A stretch of 64,000 nucleotides of DNA, taken from positions 1,812 to 65,811 of the forward strand of contig CAZCQP010000002.1 of assembly GCA_964500895.1 (NCBI GenBank). Reading direction: 5' to 3'. The translations under genes were made by a program, and so were the position numbers. Positions 40,939 through 50,395 of the stretch are shown one piece after another. Below the pieces are notes generated by a model. It ran no database searches and had not been told where the DNA came from. It saw only the letters and a list, made by a program, of their open reading frames with translations. Position 1 is the stretch's first letter. Each line of letters begins with the position of its first letter. The DNA comes from an uncultured Eubacteriales bacterium (GTDB lineage: Bacteria; Bacillota; Clostridia; Lachnospirales; JAISER01).

Positions 40939-42468
40939 TTACTTCAGCCCGCCCACGGCTTCTTCCACAGCGGCCAGCAGCTTGCCGGAAGAAAGTAAGC
41001 CATACAGCACTTGAATGTCCCCGTAAAATGCCCGGTCGCTGTCCATGTAGGGCACCACACTGCGCACCGCATCGTAAACCGCTTTGGTGCCGGGTGCCAG
41101 CTTTGCGCTGTCTTTAAAATCTGCCGCCTGTGCCCCACACATGGCTTCAATGGCCAGCACTTGAAAAGCATGTTCCACAATGGTTCCGGCTTTTCTGGCG
41201 GCAATGGTGCCAAAACTTACATGGTCCTCCTGGTTGGCAGAGGTAGGGATGGAATCCACACTGGCGGGGTGCGCCAACGTTTTGTTTTCAGACACCAGCG
41301 CCGCTGCGGCGTATTGGGGAATCATAAAGCCGCAGTTAATGCCTTCTTCAGGGGTTAAAAACCCAGGTAAGCCGCTAAGGGTGGGGTTTACCAGCCGCTC
41401 GATGCGCCGTTCAGACACATTGGCGTATTCGGCAGAAGCAATGGCCAGTGTGTCCATGGCGATGGCCACCGGTTGGCCGTGGAAGTTGCCCCCAGAATAC
41501 ACGTCCCCGTTATCCGGGAAAATAAGCGGATTATCCGTAGCGGCATTGATTTCCGTGCTGATTACACTCTGCACGTAGTCCATGGCCAGGCGGCTTGCCC
41601 CGTGAATTTGGGGAACACAACGCAAGGTGTAGGCATCTTGGTTTCTTTTCTGCCCTTGCCGGGTGGTTAGCTGGCTGCCATTAAGCATATGGCGCATATT
41701 TTCTGCCACGTCCATCTGCCCTTGGTGGGGGCGCACTTGATGGATTCTGGGGTCATAAGCGTCCACAATGCCTTCCAAGGCATCGGCGGTTAAGGCGGCG
41801 ATAGCGTCTGCAGTTTTGGCCAGGCACAGGGCATCGTAAATGGCCAGTGCCCCAACCCCCATCATGGCGCAAGTGCCATTAATAAGTGCCAGCCCTTCTT
41901 TTGCTTTTAAAGTGACGGTTTCTATACCGGCAGCTTCCATGGCTTCTTTGCCGGACATCACTTTTCCTTTGTATTCCGCTTCCCCTCTGCCCAGCATGGG
42001 CATCACCATATGGGCCAGTGGGCATAAATCCCCGCTGGAACCCACAGAGCCTTTTTGGGGAATGACAGGGTGCACCCCTTTGTTCAACATATCAATCAGT
42101 GTTTGCACGGTTTCAAGCCGGATGCCGGAGAAACCTTTGGCCAGGGCGTTTATACGAAGAAGCGCAATCGCCCGCACCACATCGGTGGCAAAGGGTTCGC
42201 CCAGCCCGGAAGCATCCGCCAGAATTAAATTTAATTGAAGGGCTTCCAGCTTGTCATCGGCAACGGCAATGTTTTCAAACTTGCCAAAGCCTGTGTTAAC
42301 GCCGTAAACCACCTTTTTTTCCCGAATAACTTTTTCAATAATGTCCCGGGAAATATGTATCTTTTCTTCTGCCTGGGGGGACAGTGCCACTTCCGCACCG
42401 CACCGTGCAACGGTAGCCACCGCTTCAATGGTCAGGCTTTCGCCGTCGCACAAAACCTTCTCTAACAT
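40939..42468 (-). CDS. hutH: Histidine ammonia-lyase
   Basis: MIO-forming motif GSVGSSGDL. Start chosen at MLEKVLCDG behind RBS gaggcgggg; the track ORF extends 18 codons further upstream. Confidence 0.92.
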   Translation of the reverse strand: MLEKVLCDGESLTIEAVATVARCGAEVALSPQAEEKIHISRDIIEKVIREKKVVYGVNTGFGKFENIAVADDKLEALQLNLILADASGLGEPFATDVVRAIALLRINALAKGFSGIRLETVQTLIDMLNKGVHPVIPQKGSVGSSGDLCPLAHMVMPMLGRGEAEYKGKVMSGKEAMEAAGIETVTLKAKEGLALINGTCAMMGVGALAIYDALCLAKTADAIAALTADALEGIVDAYDPRIHQVRPHQGQMDVAENMRHMLNGSQLTTRQGQKRNQDAYTLRCVPQIHGASRLAMDYVQSVISTEINAATDNPLIFPDNGDVYSGGNFHGQPVAIAMDTLAIASAEYANVSERRIERLVNPTLSGLPGFLTPEEGINCGFMIPQYAAAALVSENKTLAHPASVDSIPTSANQEDHVSFGTIAARKAGTIVEHAFQVLAIEAMCGAQAADFKDSAKLAPGTKAVYDAVRSVVPYMDSDRAFYGDIQVLYGLLSSGKLLAAVEEAVGGLK

Positions 42469-42622
42469 CCTATGCCCCGCCTCTCGCTTTAAGCATTTGT
42501 TCGCTTGTATTTGTTTTATCATAAATTATAGGTTTAATTCGTCTGCAAACTGTCTGCAATTATGTAAATGCACAAATTTAGTTAAGTTTAATAAAATAAT
42601 TTGTTGGTTTTTGTTTAAATTT

Positions 42623-43498
42623 TTAAGAATAGATTTGCTCCATAGAGAAATTTGTCACCCTTAAGTAAAAGCGTAGCACTTCTTCCAATGCATATAGGGG
42701 TACCGGCCCTACCAGCTCTGTACCTGCAACAGATACCCCATAGGAAGCGGCTTCCGACTTGATGGTTTCAAAAACCCGGTGGATGGGGGTTTTTTCATAG
42801 TTGGTCAAATTCATAGAAATTTGGGCAATGCCTTTTTCCTCTAGCATCAGGGCAATGGCCCGCACGCATTGATAGCCCCCCGTGGCATGGCGAACAGCCT
42901 TCACAATCTTTTTGGCCACGTCCAGGTCGGCTGTGTTTAAGTTCACGTTAAAGGCCACAAGAGGGAAACGCACCCCGGTCACTGTGCCGCCGCTTTTGGG
43001 CACAAAGTTTTTGGGGCCTTCGTCTGGCACCCAATTAGGGTCTTGCATCTTTTCGCAAAGTCCTTCGTATTCCCCTTTGCGGATGGATACCAGGTTTTTC
43101 CGGTGCTCTGCTGTGGCCGCTTCTTCATAGTAATACACCGGCACACCCAGTTCCCCTAAAAATTGGCCAAAGGCACGGGCAATTTCCAGCGCTTCGCTTA
43201 TTTCCACATTTTTAACAGGGATGAAAGGCACCACATCCACAGCGCCCATTCTGGGATGGCTACCTTTGTGGGTGGTCATGTCGATGAGCTCAATGGCTTT
43301 GGCGGCCAGTTTTTTTGTGCCCTCCAGCACTTGTTGGGGTTCCCCTCTGTAAGTGAATACGGTGCGGTTGTGGTCTCCGTCTGCATTCATGTCAATGAGC
43401 TCCACCTCTGCCCCGGTGAGCAGCGCTTGCTTCACCGCCTCAATTTTTGCCATGTCTCTGCCTTCGCTAATGTTTACTTCTGCCAGCAATACTTTCAT
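42623..43498 (-). CDS. Glutamate formimidoyltransferase
   Basis: 291 aa. MKVLLAEVNISEGRD and the HPRMGAVDVVPF motif of the FtcD N-terminal domain family. Confidence 0.85.
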   Translation of the reverse strand: MKVLLAEVNISEGRDMAKIEAVKQALLTGAEVELIDMNADGDHNRTVFTYRGEPQQVLEGTKKLAAKAIELIDMTTHKGSHPRMGAVDVVPFIPVKNVEISEALEIARAFGQFLGELGVPVYYYEEAATAEHRKNLVSIRKGEYEGLCEKMQDPNWVPDEGPKNFVPKSGGTVTGVRFPLVAFNVNLNTADLDVAKKIVKAVRHATGGYQCVRAIALMLEEKGIAQISMNLTNYEKTPIHRVFETIKSEAASYGVSVAGTELVGPVPLYALEEVLRFYLRVTNFSMEQIYS

Positions 43499-43517
43499 TT
43501 TAGTTCGCTCCTCTCTT

Positions 43518-44075
43518 TTATTTTAAATTTTCCAATGCACTTTGAAATTGCTCTAAAATCTGTGGGTCTTTAATTAATGGCATGTTGGCTTCCACATTCA
43601 GCACGCAGCCTTTCACCCCGGCTTCCGACAAATAGGCGGCGCTTAACAAATCGGAGCTTGCCGCCGGGTTGGCGTTGCCTTCTAACCCCTTGGCCAGTGC
43701 GTGGGCACGCTTGCACATTTGGCCATTTTCGCAGGGAACGGTTGCCGCTTGAATGCCCGCCGCCTGAATGGCTTGTGCCCGTTTTTGCTTTTCTTCGTCT
43801 GTGTTTTTGGGCAGGGCGTAAGCGTCTTTTATCATGCAGTAGGCTTCGGTGTCTTTTATGGCACCTTCCATTAGCTTTTGGGCTAAACTGTCCGCTTCTG
43901 CCACAATGGCTTCATAATCTTCTACGGTTAGGTTCACCGGCTTTTTCATAGAAAGCTTAGCCACCATGCCCACCATGCCAGCGGCCATGGCCCCAGCAAT
44001 GGCAGATGCAGAGCCGCCCCCCACCGTGAAATTATTAGAATCCACCACCAGTTTTAAAATGTCTGCGTTCATCAT
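43518..44075 (-). CDS. Formimidoyltetrahydrofolate cyclodeaminase-family protein
   Basis: 185 aa with GGGSASAIAGAMAAGMVGMV, typical of the FtcD C-terminal-like cyclodeaminase family. Confidence 0.8.
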   Translation of the reverse strand: MMNADILKLVVDSNNFTVGGGSASAIAGAMAAGMVGMVAKLSMKKPVNLTVEDYEAIVAEADSLAQKLMEGAIKDTEAYCMIKDAYALPKNTDEEKQKRAQAIQAAGIQAATVPCENGQMCKRAHALAKGLEGNANPAASSDLLSAAYLSEAGVKGCVLNVEANMPLIKDPQILEQFQSALENLK

Positions 44076-44175
44076 AAAACCTCGCTTTCACATAAATGCA
44101 TTATAAATAATAGCTATACAACAAATATTTATGCATTTAGTTTATACACGAAGCGTTGTCAAAACATCTGCATAC

Positions 44176-44199
44176 AAAAAACCGCCTTAAAAAAGGCGG
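44176..44199 (-). terminator. Rho-independent terminator after argH
   Basis: Minus strand reads ccgcc-ttttttaa-ggcgg followed by tttttt. Confidence 0.6.
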
Positions 44200-44224
44200 A
44201 TTAAGTCGTACACTTTTGTTTTTA

Positions 44225-45610
44225 TTAAGACAGCATCTCCAATTTGGTTCTAACAAAAGCAATCTGCTTGTCCACACACTGGGGGGCAGGGCCGCCCTGA
44301 ACGTTGCGGTTTTTAATGCAGGTTTCCAGCTTAATTGCTTCAAACACATCGGCGTCAAACAAGGGGGAAAACGCCTTGTATGCTTCCAAGCTTAGTGTTT
44401 CCAGGGTGCTGTTGTTTTCAATACAATGGGCCACCAGCTGGCCGGTGATTTGGTAGGCGCTGCGGAAAGCCACCCCTTTTTTGGTTAAATAATCGGCGCA
44501 GTCTGTGGCGTTAATGAAGCCCTTGGCGGCTGCTTCCCGCATGGCTTCAGGAAAGATACGCATGGTATCCACCATGGGGATAAAGGCGGTTAAACAAAGC
44601 TTGGTGGTATCTAACGCATCAAACAGCGCCTCTTTATCCTCTTGCATATCCTTGTTATAAGCCAGGGGAAGGCCTTTCAGCATGGTGAAGAGGGTGGTGC
44701 AGTGGCCAAACACCCGCCCAGCTTTTCCTCGTACCAATTCCGCCACGTCCGGGTTTTTTTTCTGGGGCATAATGCTGGAACCTGTGGCGAAGGCATCGTC
44801 CAGCTCTATAAATTTAAATTCCCACGAACACCAAAGAATGATTTCTTCTGAAAAACGGGAAAGGTGCATCATTAAAATAGAGAGGGCAGAACATATTTCA
44901 AGGCAAAAATCACGGTCTGAAACCCCGTCTAAGCTGTTTTGGGTGGTTCGGGCAAAACCCAGCGCCTGTGCTACCATGTCACGGTCTATGGGGTAGGTGG
45001 TGGCGGCAAGAGCACAGCTGCCCAAAGGCATTTCGTCCATGCGGGCCAGCCCGTCTTGCAGCCGGCCAATGTCTCGCAGCAGCATTTGGGCATAGGCCAT
45101 CAAGTGATGGGCCAGGGTAATGGGTTGTGCCCGCTGCAAATGGGTATACCCTGGCATCACCGTGTTTAAGTTTTCTGCTGCTATGCGGCACAGCACTTCA
45201 AGCAGTGCTTGAATGAGCGTTATAATCTCTTGGGCTTCATCCCGCAAGTATAGGCGAAGGTCTAAAGCCACTTGGTCGTTACGGCTTCTGGCAGTGTGCA
45301 GCTTTTTGCCAGCCTCACCAATGCGGGCGGTCAGTTGGTTTTCCACAAAGGTATGAATGTCCTCCGCTTGGGTGTCGAAAGCCAGCGTGCCCCCTTCAAT
45401 GTCTGAAAGGATGGCTTTTAACCCAGCTACAATAGCGTCACTGTCTTCTTTAGGGATGATGCCCGTTTCACTCAGCATGGCCCCATGGGCCATGCTGCCA
45501 ACAATGTCTTGTTTGTACATTTTACAGTCAAAGGCAATGGAAGCGTTTAATTGGTTCACCGTTTCATCGGCTTTTTTTTTAAAACGCCCTGCCCACAGTT
45601 TATCCGTCAT
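44225..45610 (-). CDS. argH: Argininosuccinate lyase
   Basis: 461 aa with fumarate-lyase signature GSSIMPQKKNPD. Its start codon overlaps the argG stop (TAATG). Confidence 0.93.
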   Translation of the reverse strand: MTDKLWAGRFKKKADETVNQLNASIAFDCKMYKQDIVGSMAHGAMLSETGIIPKEDSDAIVAGLKAILSDIEGGTLAFDTQAEDIHTFVENQLTARIGEAGKKLHTARSRNDQVALDLRLYLRDEAQEIITLIQALLEVLCRIAAENLNTVMPGYTHLQRAQPITLAHHLMAYAQMLLRDIGRLQDGLARMDEMPLGSCALAATTYPIDRDMVAQALGFARTTQNSLDGVSDRDFCLEICSALSILMMHLSRFSEEIILWCSWEFKFIELDDAFATGSSIMPQKKNPDVAELVRGKAGRVFGHCTTLFTMLKGLPLAYNKDMQEDKEALFDALDTTKLCLTAFIPMVDTMRIFPEAMREAAAKGFINATDCADYLTKKGVAFRSAYQITGQLVAHCIENNSTLETLSLEAYKAFSPLFDADVFEAIKLETCIKNRNVQGGPAPQCVDKQIAFVRTKLEMLS

Positions 45611-46833
45611 TAGTGTCCTGCTTTCTGATCCAGCATTGCTTTCACTTTGATAGGAAGTCCCAGCAAATTGATGAATCCTTTAGAATCATTTTGGTCGTAA
45701 GCGTTGTTGTCGTCGCCAAAGGAGGCAATGGCTTCATTGTATAAAGAGTAGGGGGAGGTAACACCGGCATTAATGATGTTGCCCTTGTACAGCTTCAGCT
45801 TAACCTCGCCGGTAACCGTTTGCTGTGTTTGCTGAACAAACGCCCACAGCGCCTCCCGCAGGGGGGTGTACCACTGGCCGTTGTATACCAGCTCTGCAAA
45901 TTTGTGGCCAATGCCTTGCTTGTAGTGCATGGTCTGTTTGTCTAGGCAAATGCTTTCCAGTACGTGGTGGGCGTGGTATAAAATGGTGCCCCCTGGTGTT
46001 TCATAAACCCCCCGGGACTTCATGCCCACCAGCCGGTTTTCCACAATGTCTATGATGCCAATGCCGTTTTCTGCACCCAGTTGGTTCAGCAAGGTTACAA
46101 TCTCTGAACCTTTCAATGTTTTGCCATCCACAGCCACAGGTGCGCCATTTTCAAAGGTGATGCTCACATAGGTGGGAACGTCTGGGGCTTGTTCTGGGGT
46201 TTTGCACACACACAACATTTTGTCATACAGGGGTTCGTTGCCGGGGTCTTCCAGTTCCAGCCCTTCGTGGGAAAGATGCCACAAGTTTTTGTCCCGGGAA
46301 TAGTTGGTTTCTTTTGTGAAAGTTAAAGGCACGTTGTGTTTGGCGGCATATTCCATTTCGTCCTCTCTGGACTTAAGCTCCCAAACCCGCCAAGGGGCAA
46401 TCACTTCCATGTGGGGCGCAAATGCCTTAATGGAAAGCTCAAACCGCACTTGGTCGTTGCCTTTGCCTGTGCAACCGTGGGCAATGGCGTCTGCCCCTTC
46501 TTTCATGGCAATGTCCACCAAATACTTGGCAATGACCGGCCGTGCAAAGGACGTGCCCAGCAGGTATGTATCCTCATAGACAGCACCTGCCATCAAGGTT
46601 GGGAAAATGTATTCATCCACGAATTCATCAATCATGTCCACAATATATAGCTTGGATGCACCAGTTTTCAGGGCCTTTTCCTCAAGGCCTTCAAATTCTT
46701 CGTCTCCCTGGCCCACGTTACCGGCCACTGCAATCACTTCACAGCCATCATAGTTTTCCTTCAGCCATGGAATGATGACCGATGTATCCAAACCACCTGA
46801 GTATGCCAATACAATCTTGTTAATCTTTTTCAT
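45610..46833 (-). CDS. argG: Argininosuccinate synthase
   Basis: Starts [18 protein letters not shown] (ATP-PPase motif) behind RBS aaaaggag. The track ORF carries a 23-codon upstream extension that I reject. Confidence 0.93.
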   Translation of the reverse strand: MKKINKIVLAYSGGLDTSVIIPWLKENYDGCEVIAVAGNVGQGDEEFEGLEEKALKTGASKLYIVDMIDEFVDEYIFPTLMAGAVYEDTYLLGTSFARPVIAKYLVDIAMKEGADAIAHGCTGKGNDQVRFELSIKAFAPHMEVIAPWRVWELKSREDEMEYAAKHNVPLTFTKETNYSRDKNLWHLSHEGLELEDPGNEPLYDKMLCVCKTPEQAPDVPTYVSITFENGAPVAVDGKTLKGSEIVTLLNQLGAENGIGIIDIVENRLVGMKSRGVYETPGGTILYHAHHVLESICLDKQTMHYKQGIGHKFAELVYNGQWYTPLREALWAFVQQTQQTVTGEVKLKLYKGNIINAGVTSPYSLYNEAIASFGDDNNAYDQNDSKGFINLLGLPIKVKAMLDQKAGH

Positions 46834-46866
46834 AATAACCGCTCCTTTTATTATATAATTTTTTAT

Positions 46867-46921
46867 AAAAAAAACAAACAAAACAAAAAGCGACCTCAGC
46901 ACAAAATGGCTTCAGTCGCTT
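46867..46921 (-). terminator. Intrinsic terminator located between the arg promoter/leader ORF and argG (candidate attenuator)
   Basis: Minus strand reads aagcgactgaagc-cattttgt-gctgaggtcgctt followed by tttgttttgtttgtttttttt. It sits about 35 nt upstream of the argG RBS. Confidence 0.6.
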
Positions 46922-46954
46922 GTGTTTTGTTTGTTGGTTGGGAGGATGTTCCGC

Positions 46955-47056
46955 TTACTCTCCTTCGCTAAACACACAAGAAACTAAAGCCTGCATACGG
47001 CGGCGCAGACCTAATACGTTTACTTGTGAAGTTACAGCAACATTAAGATTCAGCAT
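46955..47056 (-). CDS. Candidate 33-aa leader peptide with three consecutive Arg codons
   Basis: RBS taaggag, 7 nt, then ATG. Peptide is MLNLNVAVTSQVNVLGLRRRMQALVSCVFSEGE, with CGC CGC CGT at 46997-47005. Same frame as the C-terminal part of the 60-aa track ORF. Confidence 0.35.
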   Translation of the reverse strand: MLNLNVAVTSQVNVLGLRRRMQALVSCVFSEGE

Positions 47057-47076
47057 GTTCAAACTCCTTAAACAGC

Positions 47077-47137
47077 ATTGCAATATAAATGCATATACTT
47101 TGCTGTTTACTATACTGTTGTTTTTTAAAAATGTCAA
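47077..47137 (-). promoter_or_regulatory. argGH promoter with an ARG-box-like palindrome
   Basis: Minus strand reads TTGACA (47132-47137), a 17-nt spacer, then TATAGT (47109-47114). Just downstream is TATGCATTTATATTGCAAT (47077-95), a TGCA-N7-TGCA AT-rich palindrome resembling ArgR/AhrC operators. Confidence 0.5.
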
Positions 47138-47426
47138 TAGTTTTTTGCAATGCTCATGTTCGTTTCATAAACAAGCCAAAACATTTAGAAGTAACGAATC
47201 ATCCAGAAGCGTAGCCAACACGTTACCATCTATTGCTATAATTTCGCCTAAATCGCCAGCATTTTCACGCATAATATCAGCCATTGCGGACCCGTCGGCA
47301 TCTCTGTTAACCATATTCAATATGCGGCTTAGCGTTGGTTTGGACGAAATGCTTTTTATGTGGTAATGTTTGCTGTAAAAAGCTATCTTTTACTGCATCA
47401 ATTTTCGTGCATCTTATCCCAATGAA

Positions 47427-47912
47427 TTATTTAACTAAAAATAGTTGGATGTATCTATCTTTTATATTTTGGGGATTGACCAAGACTTTAACAATAAAAT
47501 TTTCAGGGTTAGCGCTAATATTGTAATAAAGCAATTTGCTTTCATCAATAAGTACATTGCCAATTTCATTTTCGTAACGTACTGTAACTGTAAATGGGTG
47601 TGACTTTTTTTTTGAGAATCCGCCATACCCTATATATGTTCCATGAAAAGATATATCGTTGTTGTATTTAACCCCTATAACCTGGGCCTCGTAACTAATT
47701 CCTTTTTTCTGCAATCGCATTTTACGCTTGGCCTTAAAATAAAAATAAAGATAGCAAAGAAAGAGCCTGGCCAGTGGTAATAATATTTCTGTTATCACCG
47801 CTTGTTTCATTAAAACAGTAACTACCACCCATAATAAGTCTATGAGCATCACAAGTGTAAGCACAGTAACAACAAAATAAAACCCTCTATAACCGTATCT
47901 CAATTCTTTCAT
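47427..47912 (-). CDS. Hypothetical membrane protein (two N-terminal TM helices plus a beta-rich C-domain)
   Basis: 161 aa ORF in a locally AT-rich segment. Resembles DUF3592-type architecture, but this is not verified. Confidence 0.45.
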   Translation of the reverse strand: MKELRYGYRGFYFVVTVLTLVMLIDLLWVVVTVLMKQAVITEILLPLARLFLCYLYFYFKAKRKMRLQKKGISYEAQVIGVKYNNDISFHGTYIGYGGFSKKKSHPFTVTVRYENEIGNVLIDESKLLYYNISANPENFIVKVLVNPQNIKDRYIQLFLVK

Positions 47913-47965
47913 ATCTTTGCCTTTCGGTTAGTTTGCAAAGTTAACATATTGCCCTAATATTACAA

Positions 47966-48139
47966 TTTAGAACCTGTATTCAATAATGGGTTGCCCGCAT
48001 TTGAAATGGCGATTTTTCGCCATTCGAGGCGCAGCGATGCAGGCATAATAAAACAAATTATGGCAAGCCGCTGCAACAAAGAAGGGCGGGATAATTGCTT
48101 TCAAAGGCAGATGACAGCTTATTGCATACAGGTTCTTAG
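47966..48139. repeat. ~174-bp AT-rich element bounded by 19-nt imperfect inverted repeats (MITE-like or structured RNA)
   Basis: tttagaacctgtattcaat (47966-47984) against attgcatacaggttcttag (48121-48139), with 16 of 19 positions complementary. Contains an internal hairpin aatggcga-tttt-tcgccatt. Confidence 0.45.
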
Positions 48140-48268
48140 TATAGTACAACAAGCGGCCGCGTTCAAGCACCATTTTCATGGCTCCTACAGATTTAGCCAG
48201 AGTTTTACCTTATGGTCTGAATAGGACAAAATATCTTCAGTGTCGTCTCGAAAAAGTTTCCCAAGGTT

Positions 48269-48460
48269 TTACGTTTGCTCTTGTTTAACCACCACTTTTT
48301 TGATGCCCTTTTCAAACTGGCTGCGGGGCAACATCACCATATGGCCGCAGGTTTGGCAGCGGATTTTAAAGTCCATGCCCATGCGCAAAATTTCCCATAT
48401 TTGCCCACCGCAAGGGTGGCTTTTTTTCATTTGAACCACGTCACCAATTGAAAATTCCAT
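48269..48460 (-). CDS. DUF951-family small protein
   Basis: 63 aa: MEFSIGDVVQMKKSHPCGGQIWEILRMGMDFKIRCQTCGHMVMLPRSQFEK. Confidence 0.75.
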   Translation of the reverse strand: MEFSIGDVVQMKKSHPCGGQIWEILRMGMDFKIRCQTCGHMVMLPRSQFEKGIKKVVVKQEQT

Positions 48461-48464
48461 GTTA

Positions 48465-49286
48465 TCACATCCTAAGTTTCGTTTCGTCTATGGTGTAGGG
48501 CAGGGGCGGGCAGGGCGGGTCGATGCCTTCCTTTTCAAACCGAACTTTAATAAGCCTGCGCAACGCCCGCTCCACACTCCAGTTTTTCCCCACCTGGCAA
48601 TCTGCGTTAATGCGAATGGTCAGCGCCCAGTGGTCCATAGAAGAAACCCCTAAAACGGTGGGGGTTGTTAAAAGGCCGTCTGCTTTGGCGTTGGCCATTT
48701 CATCTTCCAAAATAGCCAGTACTTTTTCCAAGGGGGCTTGATAGGGCACTTTCACTTCCACCACCGCCCGGTTGTAGGCCTTGCTCATGTTGGTCACCAG
48801 CCGGATGGTGCTGTTGGGGAAAATATGTACGTCCCCTTCAAAGCTGCGAATGATGGTGGTGCGCAGGCCAATGGATTCTACTGCGCCGGATTTACCATTA
48901 ATTTCAACCATGTCCCCCACCTGAAACTGGTTTTCAAACAAAATGTACATGCCGGTGATAAAGTCTTCAATGATGCCTTTCGCGCCAAAGCCCAAAGCGA
49001 TAGAACCCACCCCAGCCACAGCAAGAATAGATTCCATAGAGGCCCCGAATACCGCCAGTAACTGCACAGCCATAAAGAAGTAAACCCCATATTTCACCAC
49101 ACTTACCAGCACGGTAGACAAAGTGTCGTAATTGTTTTGAGGGAACTTCTTCTTTGAAGCGGCAAAAAAAGAGCGGATAATCTTTTTGCAAACCACCGTA
49201 ACCAGTAGGCCTCCAAAAACGATGGCCAAAACACTGGATAATTTAAAAAATATTTCTGATAAAACAGGTAAAAGATTGTCAGGCAT
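48465..49286 (-). CDS. MscS-family mechanosensitive channel
   Basis: 273 aa with 3 TM helices plus the conserved beta domain GDMVEINGKSGAVESIGLRTTIIRSFEGDVHIFPNS. Confidence 0.85.
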   Translation of the reverse strand: MPDNLLPVLSEIFFKLSSVLAIVFGGLLVTVVCKKIIRSFFAASKKKFPQNNYDTLSTVLVSVVKYGVYFFMAVQLLAVFGASMESILAVAGVGSIALGFGAKGIIEDFITGMYILFENQFQVGDMVEINGKSGAVESIGLRTTIIRSFEGDVHIFPNSTIRLVTNMSKAYNRAVVEVKVPYQAPLEKVLAILEDEMANAKADGLLTTPTVLGVSSMDHWALTIRINADCQVGKNWSVERALRRLIKVRFEKEGIDPPCPPLPYTIDETKLRM

Positions 49287-49312
49287 ATAAGGAACGCCCC
49301 TTTAAAAATGAA

Positions 49313-50233
49313 TTAAGATGTTATCAACCGCTGGGCCAGATACACAGCCCCCATTTCTGCTTTTTCCCGGGCCAGTACCACGTGAGCCTGGGGAAATTCT
49401 TTTTTTATCTGGGCTGTAAAACCCTCACGAATGTTGTTGTTCAGCAAGAAAACAGAACCCGCTAAAACCAGTGGGCCTTGGGTCATTTTGCAGCGCAAAA
49501 TAAGCGCTCTGGCCATTTCATATAAGTCGTTGACAGCATCCTGCTCAATTTGCTTGGCGTGAGGGTCCCCACCTTCTGCTGCGTACTTGATGATGGGTGC
49601 CAGTTCTGATATTTTATTTTTGCTGAAATGTTCGCTGTACATGTAACCGGTAAGCTGGCGCAGGTCTGTCATAGAAAAATGGGTGCACACCTTTTCCAGA
49701 AGCCCGCTGCTGGGCAAACGATCGTCATAAGCTTTCAGGGCGTACTGTATAGCGGCAATGCCCATGCCGTAACCAGAGCCAACCCCGTCTAACAAGTGGC
49801 CCCATCCGCCACAATGGTGGGTGCGCTGGTGGGCGTCTAAAGCATAGGCACGGGCATCGGTGGCGGCCACCACTAAAATGCCCGGTTCCCCTTTGGTTTC
49901 CGTGGCCAGCATGATATTCAAGTCTGTGGTAACCAAAAGGGGGCAGTCGAAGCCCAAATGTTTAAATATGTTGCTGTACGTTTCCTCTGTTTCGGGGGTT
50001 ACGTCACCGGCAATACCCAGGCAAATGCTTTTCACATGGGCAGGGGTTGTGTTTGTAAACCTGCCAAATTCCTGGATGAGCCTGGTGAGGTGGTCTTGCA
50101 CTTGTTCCCAAGGCCACTTGTGCAAATCAATGGAATTGCCCATGTGGCGGCCCACCACCTTTTGGGTCTCGGTGTTGTCCATACCCACCAGCCTGCTGTA
50201 AGCGCTGCTGCCGTCTATGCCTAATGCAATCAT
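49313..50233 (-). CDS. BadF/BadG/BcrA/BcrD-type ATPase (N-acetylglucosamine-kinase-like)
   Basis: 306 aa ASKHA-fold with N-terminus MIALGIDGSS and GGWGHLLDGVGSGY. Confidence 0.7.
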   Translation of the reverse strand: MIALGIDGSSAYSRLVGMDNTETQKVVGRHMGNSIDLHKWPWEQVQDHLTRLIQEFGRFTNTTPAHVKSICLGIAGDVTPETEETYSNIFKHLGFDCPLLVTTDLNIMLATETKGEPGILVVAATDARAYALDAHQRTHHCGGWGHLLDGVGSGYGMGIAAIQYALKAYDDRLPSSGLLEKVCTHFSMTDLRQLTGYMYSEHFSKNKISELAPIIKYAAEGGDPHAKQIEQDAVNDLYEMARALILRCKMTQGPLVLAGSVFLLNNNIREGFTAQIKKEFPQAHVVLAREKAEMGAVYLAQRLITS

Positions 50234-50395
50234 GCCATAACCCCTTTCGTCTGTATATGCAGGATTATATCCAATTTTTACTTATGCTATTATGATAGCA
50301 CATGTTGGCAGGCGAATCAATTTTTAAATTGTGTTGTTACATGTGGTTGTTTTGATGCATAATACTACGATAGCAACAAACAGGAGGTGAAGCGT

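Noticed and set aside
44085-44145. ATGCAT-containing AT-rich motifs (ataaatgcat and atttatgcattt) upstream of the formimidoyltransferase/cyclodeaminase genes resemble the ARG-box-like site at the arg promoter, suggesting a shared regulator.
   Set aside because: The motifs are short and AT-rich and are not arranged as a clear palindrome. The similarity is too weak to call without a PWM scan.
46834-47137. T-box leader upstream of argG.
   Set aside because: There is no T-box consensus (…GGGTGGTACCGCG…) and no specifier-loop architecture. The terminator is better explained together with the small Arg-codon ORF.
46920-47366. 148-aa plus-strand ORF opposite the arg leader.
   Set aside because: It overlaps the arg promoter, leader and terminator on the other strand, has no RBS and has an odd composition. 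It is likely spurious.
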